From Novakomyces olei (taxonomy: Eukaryota): DNA of 64,000 nucleotides. Of this stretch, positions 23,816 through 35,881 are shown in pieces; position 1 is the stretch's first letter, and each line of letters begins with the position of its first letter. Made by a program: the position numbers and the translations under genes. The stretch is from positions 1,302,001 to 1,366,000 of the forward strand of contig JADEYG010000002.1 in assembly GCA_016906335.1 (NCBI GenBank). Reading direction: 5' to 3'. Below the pieces are notes generated by a model. It searched no databases. It was not told where the DNA came from and saw only the letters and a list, made by a program, of their open reading frames with translations.

Positions 23816-24205
23816 TGTGTCGGGATTTACATATACCGAGTTATTGTAAAATAAAGGGTATTAATAATGATAGCCTTACCCAAACCGTCGAGCACGCAAT
23901 CGCGTTGAGCCATTACGACATGTACGAATAGGGTAATTCTACAAAAAATTATGTGCCGGCAATTAGACAGCAGACAATTACAACAGCCGATTTAAAAGGA
24001 CGCGTTGAGCACTTTTTGCACCAGGTTGCGTGATAATCTCGTACTATAAATCTTTGCCTCTGTCTGGCGCCTTTAAAGTCGTCTTACAGGTCGAGTCGAA
24101 AGATCGAGTCAGTCGAGTACCTTGTCGGCAAATAATTCGGTCTGATTGCGCAATCTCTACCACTTGCAACGCTAAAAAAGCCGTATAAATACCAAAAGGA
24201 ACGCA

Positions 24206-25090
24206 ATGGTCAACGTCTCATCAATCGCGGCAGACGCGATGGGCGGCTCAATGCACTCGTCCGATTCAGCGTACGAGTCCGGCTCTGAAGTCTTTGTACA
24301 GCACGAGCCAACCACCTTTGCCGAGCCAATCACCTTCTCTCCGAGTCATTTACAGTATATCAATGCTCAGCTGGAGAATGCCACTCCGCAACAGATTCTG
24401 CAGTGGGCCATCTTCACTCTACCGGGGCTCTACCAAACGACAGCGCTCGGGCTTACGGGCACCGTTACGCTGGATATGCTCTCCAAGATGAACGGTAATG
24501 TGCCCCTCATCTTCCTCGACACCCTGCACCATTTCCCAGAGACACTGGACCTTCTGCACCGTGTGCAGGACCGCTACACTGCCTCTGAATGGCACATTTA
24601 CCGGCCTCAGGACTGTGGGACAGTAGAGGCTTTTGTCGCGAAGCACGGAGAGCGGCTTTGGGAACGTGACGAGGGGCTCTACGATTACTTGGTCAAAGTG
24701 GAACCGTCACGACGAGCGTACCACGAGCTGAACGTGCGTGCCGTGCTTACAGGCCGCCGCCGGTCTCAGGGCGCTGCCCGGTCGAGTCTGCCTATCGTGG
24801 AAATCGATACTGACGGCACTGTCAAGGTTAACCCACTGGCAAACTGGTCCTTCAAGCAGGTGCAGGAGTACGTCCGCACCGCTCAAGTGCCCTACAACGA
24901 CCTGCTGGACCGTGGGTACCGCTCCGTAGGTGACTGGCACTCGACTTTGCCAGTAGCCGAGGGCGAAGATGAACGTGCCGGCCGCTGGAAGGGCCGTGAA
25001 AAGACAGAGTGCGGCTTGCATGAACAGTCGAAATTCTTTCAGTACATGAAAAAGCTGCAAGAACGGAATGCGTTAGTGGAGGCCCATTAG
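24206..25090 (+). CDS. met16: PAPS (phosphoadenosine phosphosulfate) reductase
   Basis: QTTALGLTG, FLDTLHHFPET, KVEP, TGRRRSQG, GYRSVGD, ERAGRW...TECGLH. Confidence 0.97.
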   Translation: MVNVSSIAADAMGGSMHSSDSAYESGSEVFVQHEPTTFAEPITFSPSHLQYINAQLENATPQQILQWAIFTLPGLYQTTALGLTGTVTLDMLSKMNGNVPLIFLDTLHHFPETLDLLHRVQDRYTASEWHIYRPQDCGTVEAFVAKHGERLWERDEGLYDYLVKVEPSRRAYHELNVRAVLTGRRRSQGAARSSLPIVEIDTDGTVKVNPLANWSFKQVQEYVRTAQVPYNDLLDRGYRSVGDWHSTLPVAEGEDERAGRWKGREKTECGLHEQSKFFQYMKKLQERNALVEAH

Positions 25091-25389
25091 GGAAAAATGG
25101 ATTGGTTGGTTTAGACGAACGTTTACTCGTTTGCTTGCTTGCAGCTGCGCCGTCTGTTTTGCCGTGCCGTAGGCTGTTTTGATACCCGTTGGTTTGTCAT
25201 GAAGATTAAAAAGCATTATTGTTATATATTCCCGAGCCCGAGTCTGGCAGTGTAGAAACTAGGTAATGGGTGCAGCGCTGTACATAAATTGGCCCAATCA
25301 TACTGTATGCGAATTGTCTGTCGTTTATTATCGCTATATACAAGCTGTTGTGTGCAGCTGGCCCAAACTTGATTGTCTACACGTCGATT

Positions 25390-25550
25390 AAAAATTAAAT
25401 TAGTTGATAAATAAATAAATTAATAAATAAAGTAATTAATTAATTAATTGCTTAAATTAATAAATTATTTAATTGCTTAAATTAATAAATTATTTAATTG
25501 CTTAAATTAATAAATTATTTAAATTAATAAATTATTTAAGTACTTAATTA
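25390..25550. repeat. AT-rich island containing 3 perfect copies of the 25-mer AATTGCTTAAATTAATAAATTATTT (25446-25520)
   Basis: Read directly. Confidence 0.92.
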
Positions 25551-25685
25551 ACAAAGAAAAAAAAGCATGTTTTCCTGATTATTATATTTATAATAGACAT
25601 AAATCTTTTTTCTTATGCATGCAATTGAAACCTATGCCGTAGCAAAGCAAAATAATTTAAAAATGCAATTACAACCATGAGTCAT

Positions 25686-28309
25686 TCAGTTCCCCTCTAG
25701 AGCCATCCGTCGTGCATGATGCACAAGTTTCTCTGTATCCAGTTTTTGATTCAGTTCCTTATCCAATCCCGAATTAAACTCCTGAGCCGAATCCTGAGCT
25801 CCAGCTCCACGTACAGCAGAGCCTCCTCCACGCTGAGGTGTCTGCACACCAGGCGGTGGCTTCTTTGCCACTGCAACTCGCTCTAGTGTAGCAGTACTCG
25901 AGTTGAGAGCATAATTTGAAAATCCAAGAGCGCTTGCATCCTCAGGCTGATGGGTTTCATGCAGAGTTTCATGCTTTTGACGGTGAGGAAACCGGATACG
26001 TTGGAGTCTGCGTGAAAGAGGGACAGAAGGATGAGCACTGCCGCTGGTGTAATCGCAGCTTTTATTTGTGTCTGCCAACTCGGCAGAAATAGTACGCCGA
26101 AAATGCCTTCGACGGGGGACAGGCGGGGGTTTGCGCATGGCAGTTCCGTTTTCACTACAATTATTTATACTAGTTTCGTCGTTAGGATCAGCAACGTTAA
26201 CCCTAGGGTTAAGCCTTGGTCTTCTCCATCGATGTGGAGCCACTGGCGGAGCGGCAGTGAGAGGCAGTGAGCGTGAGGAGGCGCGCTCGTCCGCACTGGA
26301 AACACTGCTCGCCTGTGAGTGTGAGGATTCTCGTGATATTTGTGACATTGTAGACATTGACTGTCTTCTTGCTGCCCTGTGAGGGGGAATTGCCGGTGGT
26401 GTAGTTGCCCTTATCGTAGCTGCCTCCTCTGCGTTTGTGGTAGCCGAGTCTGAATGACTCGAATCAGAGACAGTAGCAGACACTGGCTCTGCTTCGCTAT
26501 TAAATTCGGCTGAGCTGTTTAGTGTATCTGAAGCTTTATCAGGTTCGGTATTAGCTTGATTGGAAGAATAGCCTGGTCGTGGCCCTGGGTCAGAATGGAG
26601 TCGGGAGATACACAGAGCCTGGCATTTTGTTAATCGCTCTAGTACATCATGCTCGCCCTCCACGTGTGAGGCCTCTGCGACCCAGGGTATACGTGCACAT
26701 CGAAGGATCAGCCGAATAGCTTCAATTTCTCGTGAAAGGTCAGGGCTTCCATTGCCCTGGTAAATTGGAGACAGAGTCATTATCTCGCTCGTTAGTGTTT
26801 CACGGGCTAGGCTGAAAAACAATTGAGCCAGCGCGCCGAGCCGGTAGTACGGCGGGACTGCGAGTTCCGTGTTTGTCAAGAGGGGGTAGAATACGCGGAG
26901 AAATGTCATACGCAGCTAGTTGTGAGTATAAAACTAGATTGAGATTGCATATACAAATAATAAAATTTCAATAAAACAAATAATTATAAACATATATCAA
27001 TATGGATATATCAATATATATATAGATAACTATAAAATGCATAGAAAAAGTATAATTAAAAGATATTTGAATGTAAACAAAAGCAAACGAGATAAATATA
27101 ATTTAACAATATCATCATACCGTGTCCTCCTCCTCCGGGAGGTCGTACAGTTCCCTTGTGAAAACGTCAACAAGGACACAGAGATCGTTCGTATAAAAAT
27201 AATTTGCCGTTGCGGGTGTGGTAAAAATGACATAGAGCATTTTCAATATTAGAAGCTGAAGGCTCGTTTCGTGCTCCCGGTTGAGTAAAAATATGATACT
27301 TTCACCAAACGTCTTGTATACATTACCATAATGCTTAAGCGCCTCCAGTACTGTATTGGTGAGAGGCTTCGACTGGTACTCCTTCCAGCGCTCCGGAGGC
27401 GGCTCCATATCGTTATCAATCTTTGGGCTACCCGTGGCATGTGCGTAGATCTGAGCGACCATAAACTGCTCATTCAGGGCCAGTATGAGACGGAGACAGT
27501 TTATATTATGTGGATCGTCCTCGTCATATCCATTTTCAATAAAATTGAGGAGACTGACGACAAATTCTTCGCGCACATTTTGCAATTCATCAAAGGCAAG
27601 TCGCTCAGCCCGACAGAGCTCAAACAGTAAAAGCATGGCCGCCCGCTGGAGCTCGAATGCATCGTCCTGCAAATTCTCTACCACAAACATGAGGCTAGGA
27701 AGAAAATTGGCGTGTTTCAATGCCAGCAGTGAAGAAGGATCTTGAAATCCGTCTAGCAAAAAAAACATGTAAAGCACGTGCAATCCGTCTACCCCACAAT
27801 CACAGTCAATTGCCTCCGCTGTCAAGATCTTTCGAACAGATGCCTTGTGTTCGCTAAAGACAGGCGAACGTATCAGGCTCTGGCAGAATCGCTCGATGCG
27901 TGTATCGTCGAGTAAATACTCGCCTACGATTAGTAATCCTGATTCATGTAAAGTAGAGAGGAGAGAAATCAAATAAAGCACAGTATCAAGTCAACGTCTG
28001 AACGGCGACCAAATCCTGGCAAGAATCAAATGACCAAGGACCAATGAGTATAATAATAAAGGGATATATGTATCAAACCCACCACCATATTCAGCAGCCA
28101 AATCGACATAAGCTCGAGCTGCTGCTTCGACTTGAGCACCCGTTTCGCACGGTAAAGACAGTATATGTGCTAATTCTAATGAGCCATTAGCAGAGAAAAT
28201 ACAAAACAAAAAATCAAACTGCAGACAGTTGTGAGCCAATCAAAGTACCAAACCAAAAATCGTCCTCAGACTTTACGGGCGTCTCAGACGCATCCGTGTC
28301 TGGATCCAT
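25686..28309 (-). CDS. ldb17: Ldb17/Dip1 (SPIN90/WISH-like Arp2/3 activator, DUF2013) with a Pro-rich tail, multi-exon
   Basis: LLFELCR, ILALNEQFM, YKTFGESIIFLLNRE, LQLLILKMLY...YFYTNDLCVLVDVF.REL, LRMTFLRVFYPLL; exon 1 MDPD...SEDDFW. Confidence 0.88.
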
Positions 28310-28765
28310 TCGCTGATTGACGAGCCCGCCGCGCGCATACAGAATTGCTTGGCGATATCAGGCGCACGACTGTGCTCCTCGTCTACCGTGTGAGCGCAGC
28401 TTTGTCAGAGAAAAAGACCGGCATCAACAGCGACAGGTTCTGGCCACATAAGCTAAATCGATACTGCTAAATCGATACTGCTGTACTGTGTCCCGTACAA
28501 ACCTGATTTATTTTATTTTATCTTATTTATTCTTTATTTTTGTCTCGAGCGTCAACTGATCGCATCTGCCGCTGCAAATAGACTAATCATATTCTCCGCT
28601 CCATAGACGGTATTGTTATGGAACGAACGGTGTTACATGAGAATATGGAAATTAAATAAATGAATCGTCTTTAATACTTAAATACCAACGCGAGAACTGA
28701 AGTAAATAAAGAACGAGTCAGTCTTACTAAACCATCGTTCCACACATTATTATTGTTATCAAATT

Positions 28766-28954
28766 TATTATTTAGAATATTATTTAGAATATTATTTAGA
28801 ATATTATTTAGAATATTATTTAGAATATTATTTAGAATATTATTTAGAATATTATTTAGAATATTATTTAGAATATTATTTAGAATATTATTTAGAATAT
28901 TATTTAGAATATTATTTAGGATATTATTTAGGATATTATTTAGAATATTATTTA
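28766..28954. repeat. 12-bp minisatellite (TATTATTTAGAA), about 15 copies
   Basis: Read directly; two copies carry A>G. Confidence 0.97.
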
Positions 28955-29124
28955 TTATTTAGGATAATTTGAATACTATTCATTGATTCCATAATAATTC
29001 AAAATTAATTATATCCAGCTCCATACGTTTGCTTCTTCCTCTAGACGAGCCGACTCTAACTTTATTCAGTACAACTGACCAGCACGCTGCACAACAACTA
29101 AATCTGCCTGCGAAATATATACAA

Positions 29125-32073
29125 TCAGCCTTGCAGCAGTTTTGTAATGAACGGATCCGTAGACACTCGTTCCTTAAAGGGCCCATTAAGCAGAGACTGG
29201 AACATGCTTACCCGCTGTTTGCCCGAAAGCTGCTCATCACCAGCACACTGTTTGTGCCACTCTCTCATCAATTCTTTGACCGTTTCCACTGCCCTCTCCA
29301 TCTGCTCCCGCTCAGCTTCCTCCTCGCTCTCCCCTTTTAGTTCTTGCCCTTCTTGCCCATCCTCCTCTAGTCGTGGTGCTTTGGCCACAGAGAAATCTTC
29401 CAGCTGAGCTGCCTTGCGTTTGGCCATTTCTATAACTGGCTGAGGAAACTCGGCCATTTCAGCCACGTGAATACCAAAACTGCGGTCACAGACTCCGTCT
29501 TTTACACGGTACAGCAGCGTTATCCCACGTACGTCTTGGGTGCTTGCCGCCTCGTCCACGTGAGCGACTACGTGCAAGTTTCGCACTGTTCCATGCTGCT
29601 CAGCCAGTGCAGTCAACTCGTGGAAATGAGTGGCAAACAGAGTGAAGCTGTGCAGTTTTGTGACAATGTACTCGGAGATTGCCCAGGCTAATCCAAAGCC
29701 GTCCGTCGTACTTGTGCCCCGGCCGAGTTCGTCAATTACCAGCAAAGAATTAGGGGTAGCTGTCTTCAGAATCGTAGCTGTTTCCAGCATTTCAGCCATA
29801 AATGTAGAAATTCCACGTAACTGTGAGTCGCCAGCGCCAACCCGGGCCAGGACAGAGTCAAACACGCAAATATCAGCCTCGTCACATGGCACAAAGCACC
29901 CAGACTGGGCCATAAGCGCAATGACACCAATCTGCCGGATATACGTTGACTTGCCCCCCATATTCGGGCCCGTTATGACGAAAAAGGAGGCATCTGCCCG
30001 CCTCAGGCTCACATCGTTACCGATAAAATTGATGTCATCCTGTAGTTCCATACACGGGTGCCGTGCTTGTTTAAGGAGAAAGTCTCCCGTGCCCAGTGTG
30101 TGCATTCGTGGACGAGTGTATGGAGCAGGTGCGTGAGCAGAGGCATGAGCAAAGCTTGTTATTACGTCCAAATGAGCCAGACAGGTGGCCAGCTCTTCCA
30201 GCACTGGCGTATAGGAGGCGGCAATTACAACAACCTCCTTCACCAGGCTTGACTGGTGTCTGTTGTAGGCAGTAGACACGTCCTGAAACTCCCGGCCGAG
30301 CCGTGTCAGCCTTTGTGTAGTGAAATACACACCAGATTTCTGTGTCGATAGCTCAATGTACTGTTTTTTGCCCCTGATGGCGGCTGCTTCATTGCGCGTT
30401 AGTCGCATACACCATCCATAGGTAGAGTGCTGCTCTAGCTTTAACTTCTTCTCTGTGTCCTGATCCAAATCTTGGCCTGTTTGCTCATGTTCATCATGGA
30501 TATCCGCTCTCAATTGCTCTAGTTTGCCTCGCAGACTCTGTAATTCTTCATCAAACGCAGGTTTAATTATATATTCGTGATGCTGCAGGGCATCAAGGTC
30601 AATAGTCGTCTCCACCATGGCCTGCAGTTTCTCCAGTCGGGAATTACAGGCCTCTATTTCCGCTGTGTAAGCATCTCTAAGCCCACGTCTCCCACTTTCC
30701 TCGTCTACACTGTCCAGGATAGCGATAAAAGAAGGCAGTCTGAGCACCAACTGGTACACACGCACAACGTCCTCTAACGAGGCAGTGCCCCTTTGTAACC
30801 TTTTCCCGAGTCGGTACAAGTCTGGAACGCTTCTCAAGTGATCTTCCTGTAAACTTTGACGGACATGTACACTGTCGAAAAGGATCTGGACCAGTTCATG
30901 ACGCGCCTCAATAGCTTGGCAATCGATCAAGGGCTGCTTTAACCATTGAGCCAGCAGTCGAGAACCAGCAGCCGTCTTTGTATGGTTTAATACGCCAAAT
31001 ACACTCATTGATTTGTTGTCGTTAGGGCCCGGCATAAGGTTTAGAGCACGTACAGCGGCCGCGTCCAACCTCATGTACTGTGATAAATCGTACTGCTCTA
31101 ATCGAAACTGACCGTAGAGAGCAGTCTCAGTCATGAGACCAAGGTAGGCAATAATAGCAGCACAAGCGGCCATGGCCACTTTGAGCTGCAGCTGTGGTAA
31201 AGCGTTTACCGGTCCATCGCAAGTAATGAGACGAGTCAAATCGTCCTCCGTCTCACGAGCATTAAAATCGGCCATTCGCCTTTCCGTGCATGTGACACTG
31301 CAGCGTTGCAGGACAAGTCTGATTTTGCCTGCAATATCCTGGTCAGAATTCGACTCGGCCGGGACGAGACACTCGCTCGCTTGAGCCTGGATAAGCAGAG
31401 ATTCCAGGTTTGTAAGCAGCTCGTTATCCACAAACTCGCTCACGTGAATCACACGCAATGCCGGGTCGATAAAGGCGACGCCCACTACGCGTTCAGCTGC
31501 GGTTCCGGCAACGCGTACGGCTGCCAAAACAGAACAAGTAGTACTTTCATGCTGTGAGAATAAAAGATCCTCTACCGCCTCCCAATTGCCTGGCGATGCC
31601 TGCCGGACAACGGACCAGGAATTGCCACGTGCTCGTTCATGCGCCCAAAACTCTACGCGTAATCCTTCCTGAAGGACTCGACGGATATGCGCCCGCATAA
31701 TAGTGGGCGAAAGCGTACATGACGCCAGTCCGTGAGCACCGCCTCCGAGGTATTTAATCACTGAAGTCGTATGGTAAACAGCGTGAGCGACCTGCTTGGC
31801 ATCGTCGCCGTGAACAGAGTAAAAATCCTGGAGCGTAAGACGATTGAGCCAAAGGCAGGAGCAGAGCAAAAGAGATCAATAGAAAAAGGCAACGAGAAAA
31901 GTAGACTTACACCCCGTTCGAATACACGCAGAGTCCCTTCTGCCTGTGGCAAACCGCGAAAAAAAGCACAAAAACTGGTTTCGTCCGCGTTGTCTGTATG
32001 CTGCGTAAGTAAAAGGCGGAAGAGTACACTCTATCTTACCCAACACGAGCTGCGGCTCCTTGTCTTCGCCCAT
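29125..32073 (-). CDS. msh2: DNA mismatch repair protein Msh2, 3 exons
   Basis: ASPGN, YMRLDAAA, ITGPNMGGKSTYIRQ, RVGAGDSQLRGISTFMAEMLE, DELGRGTST, ATHFHE. Confidence 0.97.
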
Positions 32074-32080
32074 ACTGCTA

Positions 32081-32091
32081 ACGCGACGCGT
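32081..32091. promoter_or_regulatory. Tandem MCB element ACGCGACGCGT
   Basis: MluI-type cell-cycle boxes immediately 5' of the msh2 ATG. Confidence 0.5.
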
Positions 32092-32807
32092 ACGGGTTTG
32101 CTTTAATTTATGGTTTTTAATTACATTTGGGGTTTATACAGTGTACACTGTGAGCCGCTGTTCATCTATTACTTGTTGATAAATAGGACAATTGCGTTAC
32201 TTGTTTGTGGTAAATTTAGGAACGGGGCCCGTGACTATTTCTGCCTAATTTCTGCCTGATTTCTGCCTGATTTCTGCCTAATTTCTGCCTTCGGCAGTGG
32301 CCGACACGGGTAACGCAAGCAGTGTGAATTAGTGGATACTGATAGTTTTTACTGCACTTTATCGGTAGACTGCGACGACGTTGCTTGATTGATAGTGCAA
32401 TTCATTGCAAATAGGCAATTTCACTTTTCCACTAGTCAATTCAAAGACGATATTACGTAATATGCTCCATTGCGCGGCAAGAAACTGTGGGTTGCAAGGC
32501 TTTGGGACAATAAAATTGTCGCGGCAATGTAAAGTCGCGTGCAGAAAAGTGTAGGCAACGCTGTGCATGTAGATACATTCTGCCGTGATATTATTACGGC
32601 ATTATGGTGTAATCACAAAAAGTATAAATAAGCGAGCGATAGCGTAACGTCAATCTGGTTGCTATTCGCACGGCTGAATTAAATTTTGACACTTTTGGGG
32701 GATTTGAATGCATTTAAACTTTTTGATTGGACTCTACAAATTACGACAACGGTCAACGAAAACACTTAATTGGCTTTGAACACAAAATTCAAACTGCAAA
32801 AGCGATA

Positions 32808-33735
32808 ATGAGTTCCCATCATGCGCCGTTCAAGGAGGTAGAAAATTCCCGGCCAGACTGGGAAGATCATGACTGGTACTTTACAATGTTTATACAGATT
32901 TTATTTGAATTATTATTAACAAATACTGGTAGGAAGTATACAAAGACCCGCAAACCGGATTGGAAGGTATGCACTCTCTAATTGTCGTTATTTCTTGCCA
33001 ACATTTTGACAGCCCGGTGATGGAGCCACCGATGACGCCTCGAAAATTCCGACAAAATTTGTGGAAATTGATCCGTATGCAAAGGGCCGTCCGCCCATGG
33101 ACAATTACAAACTGCTTATATCGTCAATTGTTCCACGACCAATTGGGTTTGTCGGGACCGTTACGGCGGCAAACGAGTACAATTTGGCACCCTTTTCCTA
33201 TACACAAGTGGTAAACTCACACCCGCCCACTTTTGTCGTGGGATTTAGTGGAAGCTTGGAAAAGGCAAAGGATACGATACACAACCTGAAGAATACTGGT
33301 GAGTGCACAATCAACACCGTCTCTGAACACTTTATTGAGGCGGCCAATTATACGAGCATTGATGCGCCTCGAGAAGTTTCCGAGTGGAAGCTGAGTGGCC
33401 TTACACCAGTATCCGGCAGCGTTGTAAGCGCCCCTCGCGTTAAGGAATCTATCTTTAGCATTGAAGCAAAGCTCGTTGATCTCAAGGAGTTTAAGGCACC
33501 GGATTCAGGGGTTGTTACTGGCGTTATGGCGATCGTAGAGGGCGTCCGTTTCTGGGCCCGTCAAGATGCTATTAATGAGGAGCATACGCTCCTCGATATA
33601 AACGTGCTCAAACCAGTCGCCCGTCTTGGTGGTATCACGTACGGCAGAGTATTGGAAGGGTTCGAGCTGCCGCGTCCTCAATATGATGCTGAACGAGCTT
33701 CTGGTGCAATTACAGATGCGCTACTGGAGAAGTAG
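32808..33735 (+). CDS. Flavin reductase-like FMN-binding split-barrel protein, 3 exons
   Basis: YKLLISSIVPRPIGFV, NLAPFSY, KDT..N...TGEC, SEW.LSGLTP, PRVKES, PVARLGGITY. Confidence 0.9.
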
Positions 33736-33980
33736 TGGCCGCAAACTTAGACAATGCCATTGCAGTACTCTTTGCACGTGCACAAGGTGCAAGATATATA
33801 AACTAATCCACATGGATATATGATGCAATGAAATGCATACAAGGAATTTATTCAGTAAATATTACGTTTATCCAGTGTGCTGTCAAAAGCCAACATGAAA
33901 GTCTAGTGATTTATGCAATAATTTAACAATTTTGATTCAAGTGTACAAATTAACCAACCCAGCCCATCTATTTCAACTTT

Positions 33981-35603
33981 CTATTTCCGGGTAATAAAAG
34001 TCATCAGTCCCGACTTGTGAGGAGCGGGACTATCGCTATCGGTATCCTGAGACTGCTGATCAGAATCCGGGTAGTCGCCGGACAGCTGCTCCAGGGTCTT
34101 CCGCTTGGTCTCCGGGATTAGGAGAGATGTACCGACTCCGCAAAGCATAAAGAGCGCAAAGATTTCCATAACGTGATTGAGCCAATGATTCTTACCGCCC
34201 CGATTTCTGAGCGGGCCAATGAGTGACTGTGCAATAATGGCGCCCACTTTACCAGACCCAGCAGACAACCCGTGGGCAGTAGAGCGGTAGCGAGTAGGGA
34301 AGCATTCGCCGGGAACAATAAAGGTGGTAGTATTGGGCCCAAAGTTTTGAAAGAAATTGCACAGGCAGTAGATGGTAAACATGCCAGCAGTGCTGATGTT
34401 GTGGAAAGCAAATCCCCAGATGCAAAACAAAACTGTAAGAATTAAAAAGCCACCAATTTGAATAGGTTTGCGGCCAATTGTATCAATGGTGGCCACACTG
34501 GCCCAGTAGCCGGGGATCAGACCGGCAACAGACAGAATCAAGTTGCCCACAGCATTGTTGTGGAAAGTCTGGTACAAGTTCTTATCGTGTGGCGCAGAGT
34601 AGCCAATAGCTCCCAGGATAATGGACGAGTTAAGACCGAGGCCATAAAAGGCGACATCAAGCAAGAACCAAGAACCGGCTGTTCCGAGCAAAACTTTACC
34701 ATGCTTCCATTGCCTGAAATGGTTGAAAAAATCGCTCCAAGAAGGTGCAGGTGGCTCCTTGAGGGAAACAGATTGCTCCTTGTTCGATTCAAGCTCATTG
34801 CTGTCCTGTGCCTTCTTGCCCATGTACTTGGTCACGTCATCGAGTGCCTCGGAGGTGTTGCCATGGTTGTTCACGTCGAGGCTGAAACGGATTGTCTCCG
34901 GGATAGTGAGGCGGAAGTAGAGGGCAAAAAGAGCCGGCACTGCTCCCATTCCGTAGATGATACGCCAGATCTTGTCGCAGGCAGCGATGCAGTCGCCCGT
35001 GCAACGCGTGGGATCAGCAGAGGAAGAGATTTGGTTACGGAACCCGACAACGCAAATGAAGGAGACAAGAGCGCATGTAAACTGGCCCCAGCCCTGGTTA
35101 GCAAAGACAGCGCCCATCATAGCACCTCGCCATTTAACAGTGGCAAACTCTGACGTAATAATGGAAGAGAGCGGGTAGTCGGCACCGACAGCAGCGCCCA
35201 TGATTACACGCCAAAAGATCATGACACCACCGATTGTGAGGGAACGGCTTTGCCCGGCGATAGATAGGCCAAGGGTGGAGATAATGAGCATAATAAGCTC
35301 TATGCCGTAAAGCTTCTTGCGGCCAATTCGGTCGGCCAAAGCGCCCATTAAAACCTGACCCAAAACGGTTCCGGCAGACAGAGAGATTTTAATAGCCGTG
35401 TCGAGACTGGTGGGGAAAGAGCCGCTCGAGTAAAATACATAGCCAGCAAAAGTTTGTGCAAAATTGACAGCGAAAATATCGTATGCGTCAGTGAAGAACC
35501 CGACTCCCGCAATCAGGATAATACGGACATGCTGCCATGAGAAGCTGGCATTGTCAAGCTGCGCTAGCGCCTGGCGCCTGGCTGTGATCGAGTTCGAAGC
35601 CAT
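33981..35603 (-). CDS. pho84: High-affinity phosphate:H+ symporter (MFS)
   Basis: AGVGFFTDAYDIF, GADYPLSSIITSEFA, FLLDVAFYG, QNFGPNTTTFIVPGECFPTRYRSTAHG. Confidence 0.95.
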   Translation of the reverse strand: MASNSITARRQALAQLDNASFSWQHVRIILIAGVGFFTDAYDIFAVNFAQTFAGYVFYSSGSFPTSLDTAIKISLSAGTVLGQVLMGALADRIGRKKLYGIELIMLIISTLGLSIAGQSRSLTIGGVMIFWRVIMGAAVGADYPLSSIITSEFATVKWRGAMMGAVFANQGWGQFTCALVSFICVVGFRNQISSSADPTRCTGDCIAACDKIWRIIYGMGAVPALFALYFRLTIPETIRFSLDVNNHGNTSEALDDVTKYMGKKAQDSNELESNKEQSVSLKEPPAPSWSDFFNHFRQWKHGKVLLGTAGSWFLLDVAFYGLGLNSSIILGAIGYSAPHDKNLYQTFHNNAVGNLILSVAGLIPGYWASVATIDTIGRKPIQIGGFLILTVLFCIWGFAFHNISTAGMFTIYCLCNFFQNFGPNTTTFIVPGECFPTRYRSTAHGLSAGSGKVGAIIAQSLIGPLRNRGGKNHWLNHVMEIFALFMLCGVGTSLLIPETKRKTLEQLSGDYPDSDQQSQDTDSDSPAPHKSGLMTFITRK

Positions 35604-35814
35604 AAGAGAATGGTCCGATAGTAGGATGGAGAGGAGAGAGGCAAAGGGCAGTATACTTATATACTCTTCACTCCCCGTCGAACGGTCATCGCCGACTAGA
35701 CAATTTTTTTTGCCGCATTCGATTTAGGCCAATCGGTTCCCGTTTCCACCGTGCATGCGCTGACAAAACAGGTCTCAGACACTGATCTTTAGGATTTGGC
35801 GCCATTCGCCTGTG

Positions 35815-35881
35815 CACGTGCGCCCTGGTCTTACTTGAACCAGATTTCATCAGCCAATCAGAGTACAGTATTTCCCACGTG
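35815..35881. promoter_or_regulatory. Two CACGTG E-boxes (Pho4/NUC-1-type) flanking a CCAAT box upstream of pho84
   Basis: CACGTG at 35815-35820 and 35876-35881. Confidence 0.5.

Noticed and set aside
26197..26212. Palindrome TTAACCCTAGGGTTAA containing telomere-like hexamers
   Set aside because: Within the ldb17 coding sequence; not a tandem tract.
28753..28962. (ILFR)n ORF / CRISPR-like regular array
   Set aside because: Head-to-tail 12-mer with no spacers, in a eukaryotic context.
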